Below are positions 12,410-24,850 of a stretch of DNA of 64,000 nucleotides, piece by piece; position 1 is the stretch's first letter, and each line of letters begins with the position of its first letter. Under the pieces are notes generated by a model. It made no database searches, was not told the origin of the DNA, and saw only the letters and a program-made list of their open reading frames with translations. This stretch comes from Somniosus microcephalus (Eukaryota): contig CM126221.1 in the NCBI GenBank assembly GCA_052327205.1, positions 54,064,001 to 54,128,000 of the forward strand, written 5' to 3'. A program made the translations under genes and the position numbers.

Positions 12410-13797
12410 CATATGGGAACATAGGAACAAGAGGAGGCCATTCAGTCCCTTGAGTTTGTTATGCCATTTAATTAGATCATGGCTGATTTGCACCTCAACT
12501 CCATTTACCCTTTGCGCCAGATCCCTTGATACCCTTGCCCGACAGAAATCAAATCAATCTCCGTCTTGAAAGCTCCAATTGACCCCCAGCATCCAGAGCC
12601 TTTTGGGAGGAGAGAATTCCAGATTTCCACTAACCTTTGTGATTTCCCTCATGAATGGCCCAGCTATGATAAGATAATGTCCCCTCTTTTTTGGGGGGGC
12701 TGCCTGGCCCATTTGTGCGAAACTTGACATTGAAAAAGCCAGTCCTGTTGGTCCCCTTGTTCTTGATTCCTCCACCAGTGAAAATAGTTTCTGTATCTAC
12801 CCTACAAGTTCTTTAACATTTTAAACACCTTGATCAGATTGCCCCTCAACCTTCTTGAGCCTAATTTATGCAACCTTATTCTTATAATTTAACCCTTTAA
12901 GCCCTGGTATTCTGGTGAATCTATGGCCAATATATCCTTGCTGAGGTGTGGTGCTCAACTGAACATGGTGCTCCAGATGGGATCTGGCCAAGGCTCTGTA
13001 CAACTGCAGCAAGACATCCTTGTTCCTGTACTCAAACCCTCTCGCTACGAAGGCCAACATGCCATTTGCCTTCTTAACCGCCTGCTGCACCTGCATGCTT
13101 ACCTTCAGCGACTGGTGCACAAGGACACCCAGGTCTCGTTGCACTTCCCCTTCTCCCAATCTATTGCCATTCAGATAATAATCTGCCTTCCTGTTTTTGC
13201 CACCAAAGTGGATAACCTCGTATTTATCCACGTTATATTGCATCTGTCATGCTTTTGCCCAATCACCCAACCTGTCCAAATCATCCTGGGGTTTCTTGGC
13301 ATCCTCCTCACAGCACACACGCCCACCCAGCTTTGTGTCGTCTGCAAACTTGGAGATATTACATCTAGTTCCCTTGTCTAGATCATTAATATATATTGTG
13401 AATAGCTGGGGCCCAATGACCGATCCCTGCGGTACCCCACTAGTCACTGCCTGCCACTCGGAAAAAGACCCGTTTATTCCAACTCCTTGCTTTCTGTCTG
13501 CCAACCAGTTCTCTATCCAAGTTCAATACCTTGCCCCCAATCCCATGTGCCTTAACTTTACACGCTAATCTCTTATGCGGGACCTTATCAGAAGCCTTCT
13601 GAAAGTCCAAATACACCACATCCACTGGTTCTCCCTTATCTATTTTACCAGTTACATCCTCAAAACATTCCAGTAGATTAGTCCAGCACGATTTGCCTTT
13701 TGTAAATCTATGTTGACTTTGTCTGATCCTGTCACTGTTTTCCAAGTGCTCTGCTGTTACATCTTTTATAATGGACTCTAGCATTTTCCCCACTACC
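12410..13797 (-). mobile_element. CR1 LINE, chimeric (old 3' end 12410-~13000, young RT body ~13000-13797)
   Basis: ORFs 13440-13793, 13247-13504 and 12866-13243: YLDFQKA, SGVPQGS, KFADDTK. Confidence 0.9.
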
Positions 13798-14429
13798 GTT
13801 CTTTCACCTTCCTATGTTAGTTGCAAATGTCAGGCATGCTGTGCACGGGGAGGACGAACATCTCACAAAGGGCCACCTAATTACACAATGATGGCAGCAG
13901 CCTAGCGTGGCACCAACTGATGTCTGGAGCAAGTCGTCTCTTGCCCAGGAATAGTGTTTGGCATTGGTTGCCTGTTTGGAGGTGGGAGCAAAACTGGGCA
14001 TCACGTGCAGGAAGAATGTCTGAACTTCCATTTGCAGGCTCATTAGTTGCACCTATCGTACATTGGGCTAGAACAGATATTGTCAATTGATCCCTAATAA
14101 TGACTGTCTTGTTGACTTTAATTGTTTTGAAAGCTGAAGTGCTGGAGCTAATTGAATATACCTGGAATTTTTTTCCAAATTCAGTGAGTTTTAGATCTTC
14201 CCAGACCATCTTGTTTTTGGTAAATAAGAAATTGTGGATGTTTTATATCAACTTCTGCAAGTCCCAGGAACCTGTTCCAAGCTGCACCGATAAAGGAGAG
14301 GATATATCTACTTGTTTTGATATCTAGAAACTAAGGCACATAACACCCTTGTGGGTCAGTGAGATCGCTCCCGTTTTCCAGTCTGCGGGGCAGGCACGGA
14401 TGGCCTCTGTTTCCCACATTCAGTCTGTG

Positions 14430-14670
14430 GTCCGTTGGTGGAATTAATGAAAATTATTTTTCTAAGTGCACATCACCCTCTGATTACATGAACAGACCCA
14501 CCTCTGAGGGACGAACTGCTGTATAATTGGGTTACTGACACCACATGATGTCATGCAGACGCTATTGCTATGGCAACTGGCTCAGCTATTTCTGGCTGTT
14601 GCAGCAATCGTGCAAATGCCCCAAACTGCCAGAGCCAGAGCACAGTCTTTATTTAAGGGTTAAAAATTGT
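14430..14670. promoter_or_regulatory. Candidate intronic enhancer (RFX X-box, E-box, CRE-like)
   Basis: ATTGCTATGGCAAC 14564-14577, CACATG 14542-14547, TGATGTCA 14546-14553 in non-repeat sequence. Confidence 0.35.
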
Positions 14671-16619
14671 GCTATGTAAATATCCTGCTGTTGGATCTGC
14701 TACAGTTGTGGTGCAGGTATAATGATGCTTGACAGATGAATAATCCCTCCCTGCATAGTGTTTAAATACAGAATAGAGGCTTCTTTCTACTCCTTTCCCT
14801 CAGCATCTTTCTGCGTGAAAGCAACTAGCAAGTGCTGCTGTTGCAGAGAACCATTCTCAGGTTCCTGAGTATCCTGTAGAGACACTCATTGTCTCTCTCA
14901 AAATACTCCATTGTTCTTGTGGAGTAAGTGTGCTTTAAATAGTTCAGCCCTTCCTCTTGATGAGCCACACATGCCTTGGGGACAGAGCGAGCAGTCACTT
15001 TGTAATTATAGTGGGGACAGAAACAGTCGCTTGTTGCTGCCATTTTTCTGTTTTAAACCCCTTTAAATAGTTAATGAGCAGGACAAAATCCTTTTGAATT
15101 GCTTAGACTGGCACAGCCGATCCCATTTCCCTGTCATAGGGTGACTAACGTGTTCAAGCTGCACAGGAACATTTATTTTGCAAGAATGTGTAATTGTCTC
15201 TTGTACTTCCCCCACCCTTGCCTGCCTATCTACCAGTTCATAAGCCTTGCTTGTTGAGTGGGGATTCTGGAATAACTGCTTGAGGGAGAAGGCAGGGTGT
15301 TCACTCCACTCTGAGGGGGGCTTGTGCTTCAGTGGTCTGTTGGTGTTCACACATGGGTGGGTGAGCTAATGGATCTTTACTGAAATAAACTTGTTGTAAA
15401 TGTTTTACAGTGATGTCTTGCATCCAGTTGGGATTAAGCCTTCGCCTGTGTTGTGTAAAAGGTCAATAATGAGGGAGAGAATGGTTGTTGGATTATTGGG
15501 GGGAGGGGGGGGGGTTAACTTTTTTAGTGGAGTAATTTACCCCTTCGTGTATCTCATTTTGTTTTAAAGAGATTAAAGATTCTCTAACGCTCAAGGAATA
15601 GGCGCTTAGTGAAAATGGGCGCGGTAAGCTGGCGTCGGCTGTTGAACTCTGCAGACCATGATTGCACCCTCTCGCCTGGATACAATGATCAGGGTCTCTG
15701 CTCTGTCTGTAACCAGACAGCTGATGAGGGACCTGTCTGCAGACTCTGCATTTTCACCAACTGACAGTCACCTGGGCTCTGAGGAATTTACTTTTTTTTT
15801 AAAGAATGGTTGAACCATGTAAAATGATCCAACATATTAGGAATTAGTGCCTTCACAGTAAATACTTCCTCCTCTAGTCTCCTTCCTCTTTGATGTTCTA
15901 CAGCCTCAGTATGTTCAGTGCATGGGAAGTGTTACTATTGGGACACAAGTAAAAGATTAAATGAGAGCTCTGAATTTAAATGCATCAGAGTACACCTGCA
16001 TTCTGAGACTTTATATCTTACAGAAAGTGAGATTCAGGTGATTGTACCCAGTGAGCCTACTCTTCCTTCATGAGAAGCTAATGCTGGTACCTTGTGTCAT
16101 TTAATGGGGTGGGTGGTTTTGGTCATTGTTCAAAAACAGATGGAACTACAACAAAGTGAGAAAAAAGAGTAGAGATAGCAAGCAACAAATGGGCTGGCAC
16201 CCTGGCGTCCTGCCTGGTTTTTTCTTTGGCCCGGAGTTTGCATTTGGAACACGTGTCCAATTTTTGAAAGCACCGGACCACCACTTCATGGAGTTTGTGA
16301 TCACTTGCAGTTTGCGGAGCAAAAAGAAAAATTATTCTGTGCAGGTTCCTGTATGACCAATGACCCAGCAGACAGCTTGTAGTGTTGAAGCTTCCTCAGA
16401 ACACTGGGCCCTTCCAGCTTCACTGTTGGGTTCCAACTCCTGGGTGTGAGTCAGTGTGCTCAGAGTAATGTTTGTCACAATGTTGATAACTTTACACACA
16501 GTGAAAATACATCAAGAGTGACTTTTCCTTTTGAAAGTGATGTCTTGGATTTAATTATTGCGTTTCTCATGTAATTCTCTCAAGTTCTGTTAATAAAAAC
16601 TGTTGTGCTCATCAAGATC

Positions 16620-17150
16620 AGAGGTGTTAGTGCTAGACAGACAACACTTTCCATTTCAGGCAATCAGTGTCTGCTTCAAAGTGCTCCCAGGTCAGGTTTT
16701 ACACAAGATGCAGAACAAAACTCCCTGGACTCTGCCCCAAGTGCTCTGGCAGCTTTATCTATTTCTCTATGCCAGTCATCTTGTGGCCCCTCGGGGGAAG
16801 ATCGCCAGTTAGGAGCAGTTTAATGCTACAGGCCCTCGAGAAACTGGACCGAGCCTGGCCAAACTCGAGAAACTGGACCGAGCCTGGCCAAACTCGAGAA
16901 ACTGGACCGAGCCTGGCCAAACTCGAGAAACTGGACCGAGCCTGGCCAAACTCGAGAAACTGGACTGAGCCTGGCCAAACTCGAGAAACTGGACCGAGCC
17001 TGGCCAAACTCGAGAAACTGGACCGAGCCTGGCCAAACTCGAGAAACTGAGCAGCAGGCAGATGGCTTTCAACCCATTGGTCTGGACTGGATTTGAACCA
17101 AGGTCACAAGTGAACGGTCAATGTCTAGCGCATGATGGCACGCAGTTCCC
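16620..17150 (-). mobile_element. Ancient tRNA-derived SINE (LF-SINE-like) hosting a minisatellite
   Basis: Box-B-like ggttcaaatcc on the minus strand; body resembles the recalled LF-SINE consensus. Confidence 0.45.
16835..17049. repeat. Minisatellite, 29 bp x ~7.4
   Basis: ctcgagaaactggaccgagcctggccaaa, nearly perfect copies. Confidence 0.97.
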
Positions 17151-20100
17151 CAGATCTCGTGTTCATAAGTACTGCACTAACTCTGGATAATAATAATGTG
17201 CCTGGTTCTCTGAAGCTGTGCTGTGGTTGTTGGTATTGCTCTTGTTTTGCACACTCTTTAGTTGATGATTGTCGCACAGACTGAGCACCCAGGTATCATG
17301 CCCAGCGCGATAATGAACTTGCTGCTGCTTTGGGTTAACTGCTTTCTTATTTCTCGGTTGTGTTGGTTTCTGTGGCCCAGAACTTGGGATCATTTTGTTT
17401 TTGTCAAGATTGCACTGAAAGTGGAGTCTGTATTGAAAACGTTTTGTGAAGTGCAGGTGTTGCATTTAGTGCTGCAATTGCTGCACACCAGGAGTGGGCA
17501 CAGCAGGGTTGTGCCTCCTTGCTCTCTCCTTCACGCCTCTCTTTTGTGGAAGTTCCAAGTGGAGATGGGGAGGGAATACCGGACGGAGCAAGGCTCATTT
17601 TCGGTTTGCTCTTGCATGTCTTGTGCAGCTGGTTGGAGGCCTGGGAGAGGTGGGCTGGAGATGGAGCACTGTTAGGGGAGAGGCAGAAAATTTAATGCAT
17701 GAACCCCTCTCTGTGAATGGATGACCCTGGAATGTGTTTAATGTGGCTTTTACCGGAGACAGATTCTGTACAGATCCTCTGTACCATGTGTACTTAATGG
17801 AAGCAGTTGCATAAATGGAGCCAGTGCAGGGTACCCATGGGGGCAGACAGTGTGACAACACTATCTGTGCCTGGTGTTCAGATCTAGATTCAGACATCCA
17901 GAATAGTGGCTTAAATTTATATGTTGCCAGTTCCCATCAACTGGCCTCGGTGAATCTGAATGAGTTTTTAATAAAATAGGTTTGTGCATTGAGTTCTGAT
18001 GGAAATGGGGGAAGGTGAGAGAGGTAGTTTACGGAGACGCAAGCATTCACCGGGAGACTGGGAATAAGGAGGAGCCAGTCTCGGGGGTGGTGCTGTGTGT
18101 AATGTAGGTGAAGGCAACACTTGGAGCTTAAAGACATTGTTATTTATTGAAGGAGATGCATTAGTGTAGAAAGCACAATTGCTGAGTTGCTTGATGTGCG
18201 CTTGGCAGCGCAGCGTACTCCCAGGGCGGGGCGGCGGTCAGCATCGTGTACCCCGGGGTGGGGGGGTGCAGCGACAGGAGTGGCCAAGTGTGTAGGAAAT
18301 GTCAGGGAGCAGCGAATACATAGTGACACCACCTCAACACATCAGACTCCGCAGAGTAATCAACACGCATTCATCAGGTCAGAGCCCGAAATAAAACTGG
18401 GCAAGATTTCAAAAGAAAGCTTGAGGCTTTTGTTAGGGAACCAGCCAGGAGTGTGAGATTCAGTGTGAAATACTTGGACAGCTTCCAGTATTTTGATGGT
18501 AATGGCAGATGGGCAATAAATCGAAAGCACATGGAAAACACGTGAGACAAACCAATCCACTCATTCTGTTATTGTTTACAAATGTAAATGCCGGCTGAGC
18601 ACTGACAGGATGGGAGAGAGAGTGTCACATCAGCAAGAGGCTCTTTGAATCTGCGCCGCGCTCACTGCAGATCAACAATATTGGGATCGGACCACAGGAA
18701 CAATTCTAATCTTTATTGCACATTTCACTGGAGTGGAAGCATAGGAATAGGAATTGTTTTCTCAAAGTGGCATGGCTTCTTTTGTCCAGTAATGTAACTT
18801 TCTGCTTAATGGAATATTTGTGTGAAGCCCTGTTAATGGTAGATTCCCTCCCGGTTGCGGCGTGAATACCCTGAATGATCCCTGCCTCCTCGACTTCAGT
18901 ATAGCACCTTTAACATCGCAAAACTAGATGCGGCAGCCCACGCCCGTATCAACTAAAGACTAAAAATTAATTTGTCGTCGCCGTGAAAGCAACTCGCTAT
19001 AAAACAGGAGCAGGGCAATGGTGTGTGTGTGGAATGAAACTGTGCACACATTGGCTGATTCCCGGTGTGCTGTATTAATCTGAGAGTACTTGCGAGCTGG
19101 TTCTGTGTGTGTGTAACAGTTCCCATGCTGCTGATTCAAGGACAAGCAGTTCATTTGAATATTAACCCATTACATGTTGTAACCAATGTATTGGGATAAC
19201 CTGGTAGCTTTTGTCACTAGAATAAGTTAGATTTCTTGGGCAGAACCTCCCTACATGGATATGGTGACTGAGGCTGCCATTTTCTCTTGTTTAACCACCA
19301 TTTTGTAAGATGGTTTGGGAGCAGCCAGCACTGTAAAACAGGCTGGGTTAGTTCTTGTAACCCAGTGTTCTGTGATTGTTCAGGATTACGGTCTCTGCTT
19401 GTTTATGGGGGCTGGGGGTGGGGAGCAGACATGCGGATAGAAGTTTGTGTCCTGTAACTAGCTAAATGATGATGCAGCTACTGAGAGTGTCATTGGAAGA
19501 GCTGTTTTAAAGTGTTGCTGAGGTTCAAACTTGGCAGTTGAAGGGCTGCCTGATAGTGTGCCTCAGTCATGGCCTGTTCAGGGGACAACGGAAGCAATAA
19601 ATTAATACGCAATGATTTGAAGAAGGCTGAGGCTAATGGGGCAAGTTTGCTGTAGGCTCCTTTCTCAGGCGGAGTCTGTGATATGAGGCAGGATAGTGGG
19701 CTGAGTCTGGGGTGGGACTGATTAAATTTTGGGCAGCCCGTGTGTGTTGGGAACTGGTATGTTATGAAATCTCGTACAGCATGTGTATGGCCCAAGCTGT
19801 GGATTATGGTCAGCTGTGTGAGTGGGATATAAAATGTAAGGGCTTTTACGCATCTCTGTCTATCACTAAAAATAAAATTATAAAAGGGAAATGAGTTTGA
19901 ACTGTGCATGGTCTTGGATTGTGCGGTGATTCTAGTAGGACTTCTACACATGGGGAGATTTAACTGTGGCCCTTGTCCTGTCTCCAGCTGATAGCTAATT
20001 ACTCGATTGTTGTCTAATGCTTTGAACACATTTTCAAAGAGCAAGAAAAAAGTAGTTCCAGTAATTTAAATGTGATGTGATGATGTCATTGTGCATGAGA

Positions 20101-20279
20101 GGATGGTAATCCCGGACTGACAGGCTGTGCCAGCCAGGGCTACACTTAAAACGTGGCAGGAGCAGGCGTGAATACCCACTCTCCAACCCCACCACCCACG
20201 GTTTAAAGTGAAAGCTTAACATCAGCCTATCCCAGAGTTGGGTTTTAAAAGATGTGCAGTGAGGCGTCACCCCTCCAAG

Positions 20280-20560
20280 TCCATCATTTTGAACTCTCTC
20301 AAAGGTCACGGTGTGCTGAGATCTGCATTTAAAACGTGACTGTCAGCAGTGCACCCCTTCCACTCCCCATCCCGCAGTGCCACTCCCCTGACACACGCCC
20401 CCTCCCCCTTGCGCGGCGCCCTCCCCCAATTGAGCACTATATAAACACAACTCTTTGTATTTGATGTAGTGTAACAGCAACTCTCCCAAAGCAAATGTTT
20501 TTTTTGAGCTAAAGACATATTTTGAGTTATTCCACAGCCAATATATATTGGGTGATTTCT
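20280..20560 (+). promoter_or_regulatory. Candidate internal promoter upstream of exon 5
   Basis: AAAGGTCA 20301-20308, CACGCCCCCTCCCC from 20394, GCGCGGCGCC 20411-20420, CCAAT 20426-20430, TATATAAA 20438-20445. Confidence 0.4.
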
Positions 20561-21146
20561 GTTTCTTGCCTTATTTTATATCTCGAGTTATTTTGGTGCC
20601 TGACACATTGCTGCCCCAATTTCAGACTCTCCGACTGTGTGATGTGACCAGTTTCAGCTGGACTGTGTGGGGGGACATGCCCGTTGGCCGTCCACCTGAT
20701 GGTTTTTCTCCAGTCATTGAACACGGAGCAGTGTTCGTATTGGGGTTGTGGGGGGTGCTGGGTATCGGGGGGGCTCAGTTTGCAACAGTTCCCTACCAGC
20801 TAGAGGCGGCTGTTTGGAGATGAGCGTACAGGAAGAACATGGACTGGGGTTGTGCAGTAAAGGGGTTTTGTTAAGACTGTTCAGATGATTGCTTCCACTC
20901 ATTAATGAAGGAAACTGGTTTGTATTTTATAGTTTCTAATGAGTTTGGTCCCCCGGGAGACTGTTCCCACATGATGCATAGTCCAGCTTTGCTTCATTTC
21001 TTTAACCAATAATTTTCATCATTTCAGTACTTGCAGAAGTGAGAAAAGTTCACGATTATCAGTTAAAAAAAAAAAAAAAAAAAATCTGACATAAATGTTA
21101 TTACACAAGAAGAGCAGGTGAACTAATTGTGCTTCTGGGTTTGTAG

Positions 21147-21467
<321 letters not shown>

Positions 21468-21624
21468 TGAAGACCTATCTCATCAGATGAGAATGTTTAC
21501 GGCTATTCTGCGTCATGTCGTCTTACTAAAACTTGAGTTTTATTATCTTTGCCAATAGTAGGGGGAAATTGGAAAGCGCAAGATTGCCAAAACTGAAAGG
21601 GTTAATTGACATCTTTGTAACGTG

Positions 21625-22285
21625 GTTTTTTAAAATTTGTTCCTGGGATGTGGGCGTCGCTGGCAAGGCCAGCATTTATTGTCCATCCCTAATTGCCCTC
21701 GAGAAGGTGGTGGTGAGCTGCCGCCTTGAACCGCTGCAGTCCGTGTGGTGAAGGTAGTACTCCCACAGTACTGTTAGGGAGGGAGTTCCAGGACTTTGAC
21801 CCGGTGACGATGAAGGAACGGCAATATATTTCCAAGTCAGGATGGTGTGTGACTCGGAGGGTAACTTGCAGGTGGTGGTGTTCCCATGCGCCTGCTGCTC
21901 TTGTCCATCTCGGTGGTAGAGGTCGAGGGTTTGGGAGGTGCTGCTGAAGCAGCCTTGACGAGTTGCTGCAGGGCATCTTGTAGATGGTACACACTGCAGC
22001 CACGGTGGTGCACGGAGTGAATATTTAAGGTGGTGGATGGGGTGCCAATCAAGCGGGCTGTTTTGTCCTGGATGGTGTTGAGCTTCTCGAGTGTTATTGG
22101 AGCGGCACTCATCCATGCAATTGGAGAGTATTCCATCACACTCATGACTTGTGTCTTGCAGATGGTGGGAAGGGAGTCAGGAGGTGAGACACTCGCTGCA
22201 GAATACCCAGCCTCTGACCTGTTCTTATAGCTACAGTATTTATGTGGCTGGTCCAGTTAAGTTTCCGGTCAATGGTGACCAAGAG
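21625..22285 (-). mobile_element. Non-LTR retrotransposon 3' fragment (CR1/L2 group)
   Basis: ORFs KSVMEYSPIAWMSAAP..LNTIQDK and SWNSLPNSTVG..GLQRFKAAAHHHLL; conserved 3' tail. Confidence 0.85.
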
Positions 22286-22812
22286 ACTGAGAGCAGAACA
22301 ATCTTCAGGAACATGCATGTAGAATGTCCCGGGACACACTCCCTAAATTAGCTGCATTTTACTTGTAGCCGAGTTAATGGCAACGGTTAAGGACAAAAAT
22401 TTGTCTCTGAAATAAGTCCCGCCATCTTCTCAGCAGCTCAGACCCCCAAAGCCTTATTTACAGATGGTTGCTGATAGTTACATACGGCACTAAAGTGGAC
22501 TCAATGTAAAAAAAAAAAAAAAAAAAAATAGCAACTATGCGAGAGGACTACAGAAAACGGATGGAAACCGCAGACTCTGCCTCAAACCCCGCGTTAAAAA
22601 TTGATGCAGCTGGGCATCTGCCTCCCAACCAGGACACCCTGTGTTCGAGCTGCACGCCTATCTGTTCCTCTAGCATCAGCTGGGTTAAATACTGTACTCC
22701 GCTTATCCCATTGCTTGTTGAAGGGGCTGCATTCCCCACTCCACTGCATCCTGCAGCAATGCTCCCTCGTTCCTTTGGGTAACGAGTAACTTGTGAATTC
22801 CTTGCATGCCAG

Positions 22813-22902
22813 GTAATCAGATGCCACCCCGCCCTCCAAGCGGTCAGTCCGATGGAATTCTACACCCCGCCATGAACCCATCTGCTATGGGGCAGGACCG
22901 AG
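22813..22902 (+). CDS. ARID1A: ARID1A exon 6 equivalent (90 nt)
   Basis: gccag|GT AAT CAG ATG...CGA G|gtgagt; (G)[29 protein letters not shown]; phase 1-1. Confidence 0.95.
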
Positions 22903-23853
22903 GTGAGTTCACAGTCAACCCGTGCAGCTGACTAGAAAGTGAGAATACCAAACCATATTCAATCTGTGTTCAATACTCTAGCTAAAATAATTCACTGCCA
23001 TGGATACAAAAGGTGTAAACGTATTAACATGCGGACTAGAGGTGCCATGCTGCAGTTAGTTATCTTGATATTAGCAGGAAATGGTTTTTAAACTAGTGTT
23101 ACAGTTGAAAGGCTTTTCTATTTCTGGCAAATTATTTCCCCCTCCTGAGGGCATTGGTCGTGCTGTGGTACAGTATGAGGTGCCAGTCTCTCACACACAC
23201 ACACTGGTACCTGGCCAATTGGAGCACACCAATTACTGCTGTCCAGGAGCTTACAGAACAGAAGGAAGCCATTCAGCTTATCGTGTCTCTGCTCGCTCCT
23301 TTGAGTAATCCAAAACCTAATTCCACTGGCCCTCCTCATGGCCCTGTATCTTTCTCAACTGTCAATGTTTATCTAAATCTCCCTTCAAAGGTGCATTGGT
23401 CTCTGCCTCGACTACTGAGACCAGCCAACTCAGCACATACCAGGAATTGAACCCGAGACCTTTCTGGTCTGTATGACTTGCTCATATTCCACACAAACTC
23501 TGAGCTGTCTGGGGTGGGATGGGGATGATGGCGAAAGTATCTTTGATAAAATGTGCAAGTGGGAAACTTTTAATGAATATTTTATCCCAGATCTCTAATA
23601 ATTGAATTGCAGACTGAAGTTACTTGTTTGGGCGAGGGCAATTAGTTGGAATGGGTTCTGAGTTTGAGTTGAAATTGATCAAGTTTGGTGCATTTGGATT
23701 TAAGAGGAGAAATCCTTGCCCTTTATACAGGGCTTTACCATGCAAGTAAAATGTCTCGATGCTTCAGACAGTGAATTACTTTTGCCGTGATTACATGTTC
23801 AGTTTAAAGCCTTTCCTGGTTTTCACTTAACTGTATCTTTTCCCCGTCTACAG

Positions 23854-24021
23854 GTTACATGCAGAGACCCCCCCAGCTGCCTCAGTACAGCTCCCCGCAG
23901 ACAGGGTCAGCATTGTCTCCGCGCCAATCTTCTGGGGGCCAGATGCATGCTGGGATGAGCTCGTATCAGCAGAATAACTCTGGAAACTATGGGCCTCAAG
24001 GTGCCCAGTATGGACCTCAAG
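23854..24021 (+). CDS. ARID1A: ARID1A exon 7 equivalent (168 nt)
   Basis: ctacag|GT TAC ATG...CAA G|gtgagt; [55 protein letters not shown]. Confidence 0.95.
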
Positions 24022-24689
24022 GTGAGTGTGGTGTTTTGTATGACGAGTTGGGGTATAAGAGTTGGAACTTTGACGATGTGTATCGATGTGACTCTCCAAC
24101 CGCCTGCACTGATTGCACCCTGCGTCACCGGAAGGGCATTTAGCAGATGGGCTACTTGTCTCCCACGATGTAAACACCTGTTTAAGTGCAATCGCATGTG
24201 TGCAAATGAAATTCAGCAACTTTCTGCTGTGAATACTTAGTTGGACAGTTGCACACTTGCTGTGTGAATTCATCATGGACTTGTACTATTAACACTAACA
24301 GAATTGGATAAATTAACTTTGTCGCTTTGCTCACATGTTGTACAATGCCACACTTGGGAAGTGTGCTTCAAGGGATTCCCTCCCTTTTTATTGTACCACT
24401 GTTGGCTGTCTCTTGCCAAACTGGCCATGAGCGCTTTGAGCTGTGTTTCTCCCTTGCCGTTACTTTTCTAATGGTGCTGAGCTGCCACTGGGAGTGAGGT
24501 TAGTGTGTGTTTGAGTTTACAGGGTGTCAAGGTGCAATCATGTATCTGCTGATCACTAATTCACATTCTTCAGTTATTGTGGATTCTTTTCCTCGTTGTC
24601 AAGACACTTTTTTAAAATCCTCTTCATCTAAGGGTTGAAATGTATTTTTGGTCAACTCATTATTTGGACCGAGGCAGATTAGATTGAGG

Positions 24690-24797
24690 CAAAAGCAAAA
24701 TACTGACGAGGTCATCGAGCTGAAATGTTATCAGTTTCTCTCTCCACAGCTGATGCCTGACCTGAGTATTTCCAACATTTTCTGTTTATATTTCCGA
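24690..24797. mobile_element. Fragment of a common shark repeat (Penelope-like terminal repeat); opposite-orientation copy at ~36335-36458
   Basis: ctctctccacagctgatgcctgacctgagtatttccaacattttctgttta is the reverse complement of aacagaaaatactggaaatactcagcaggtcaggcagcatctgtgga. Confidence 0.6.
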
Positions 24798-24850
24798 TGG
24801 ATTGAGGCACATTTCTGTTCTACTTATTTTTCACCTTCTCTTTTAAACAG

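Noticed and set aside
16835-17049. CRISPR-like 29-bp repeats (also the 32-bp array at 56318 and the 33-bp array at 39780)
   Set aside because: Units are head-to-tail with no unique spacers, there are no cas genes, and the context is a vertebrate intron
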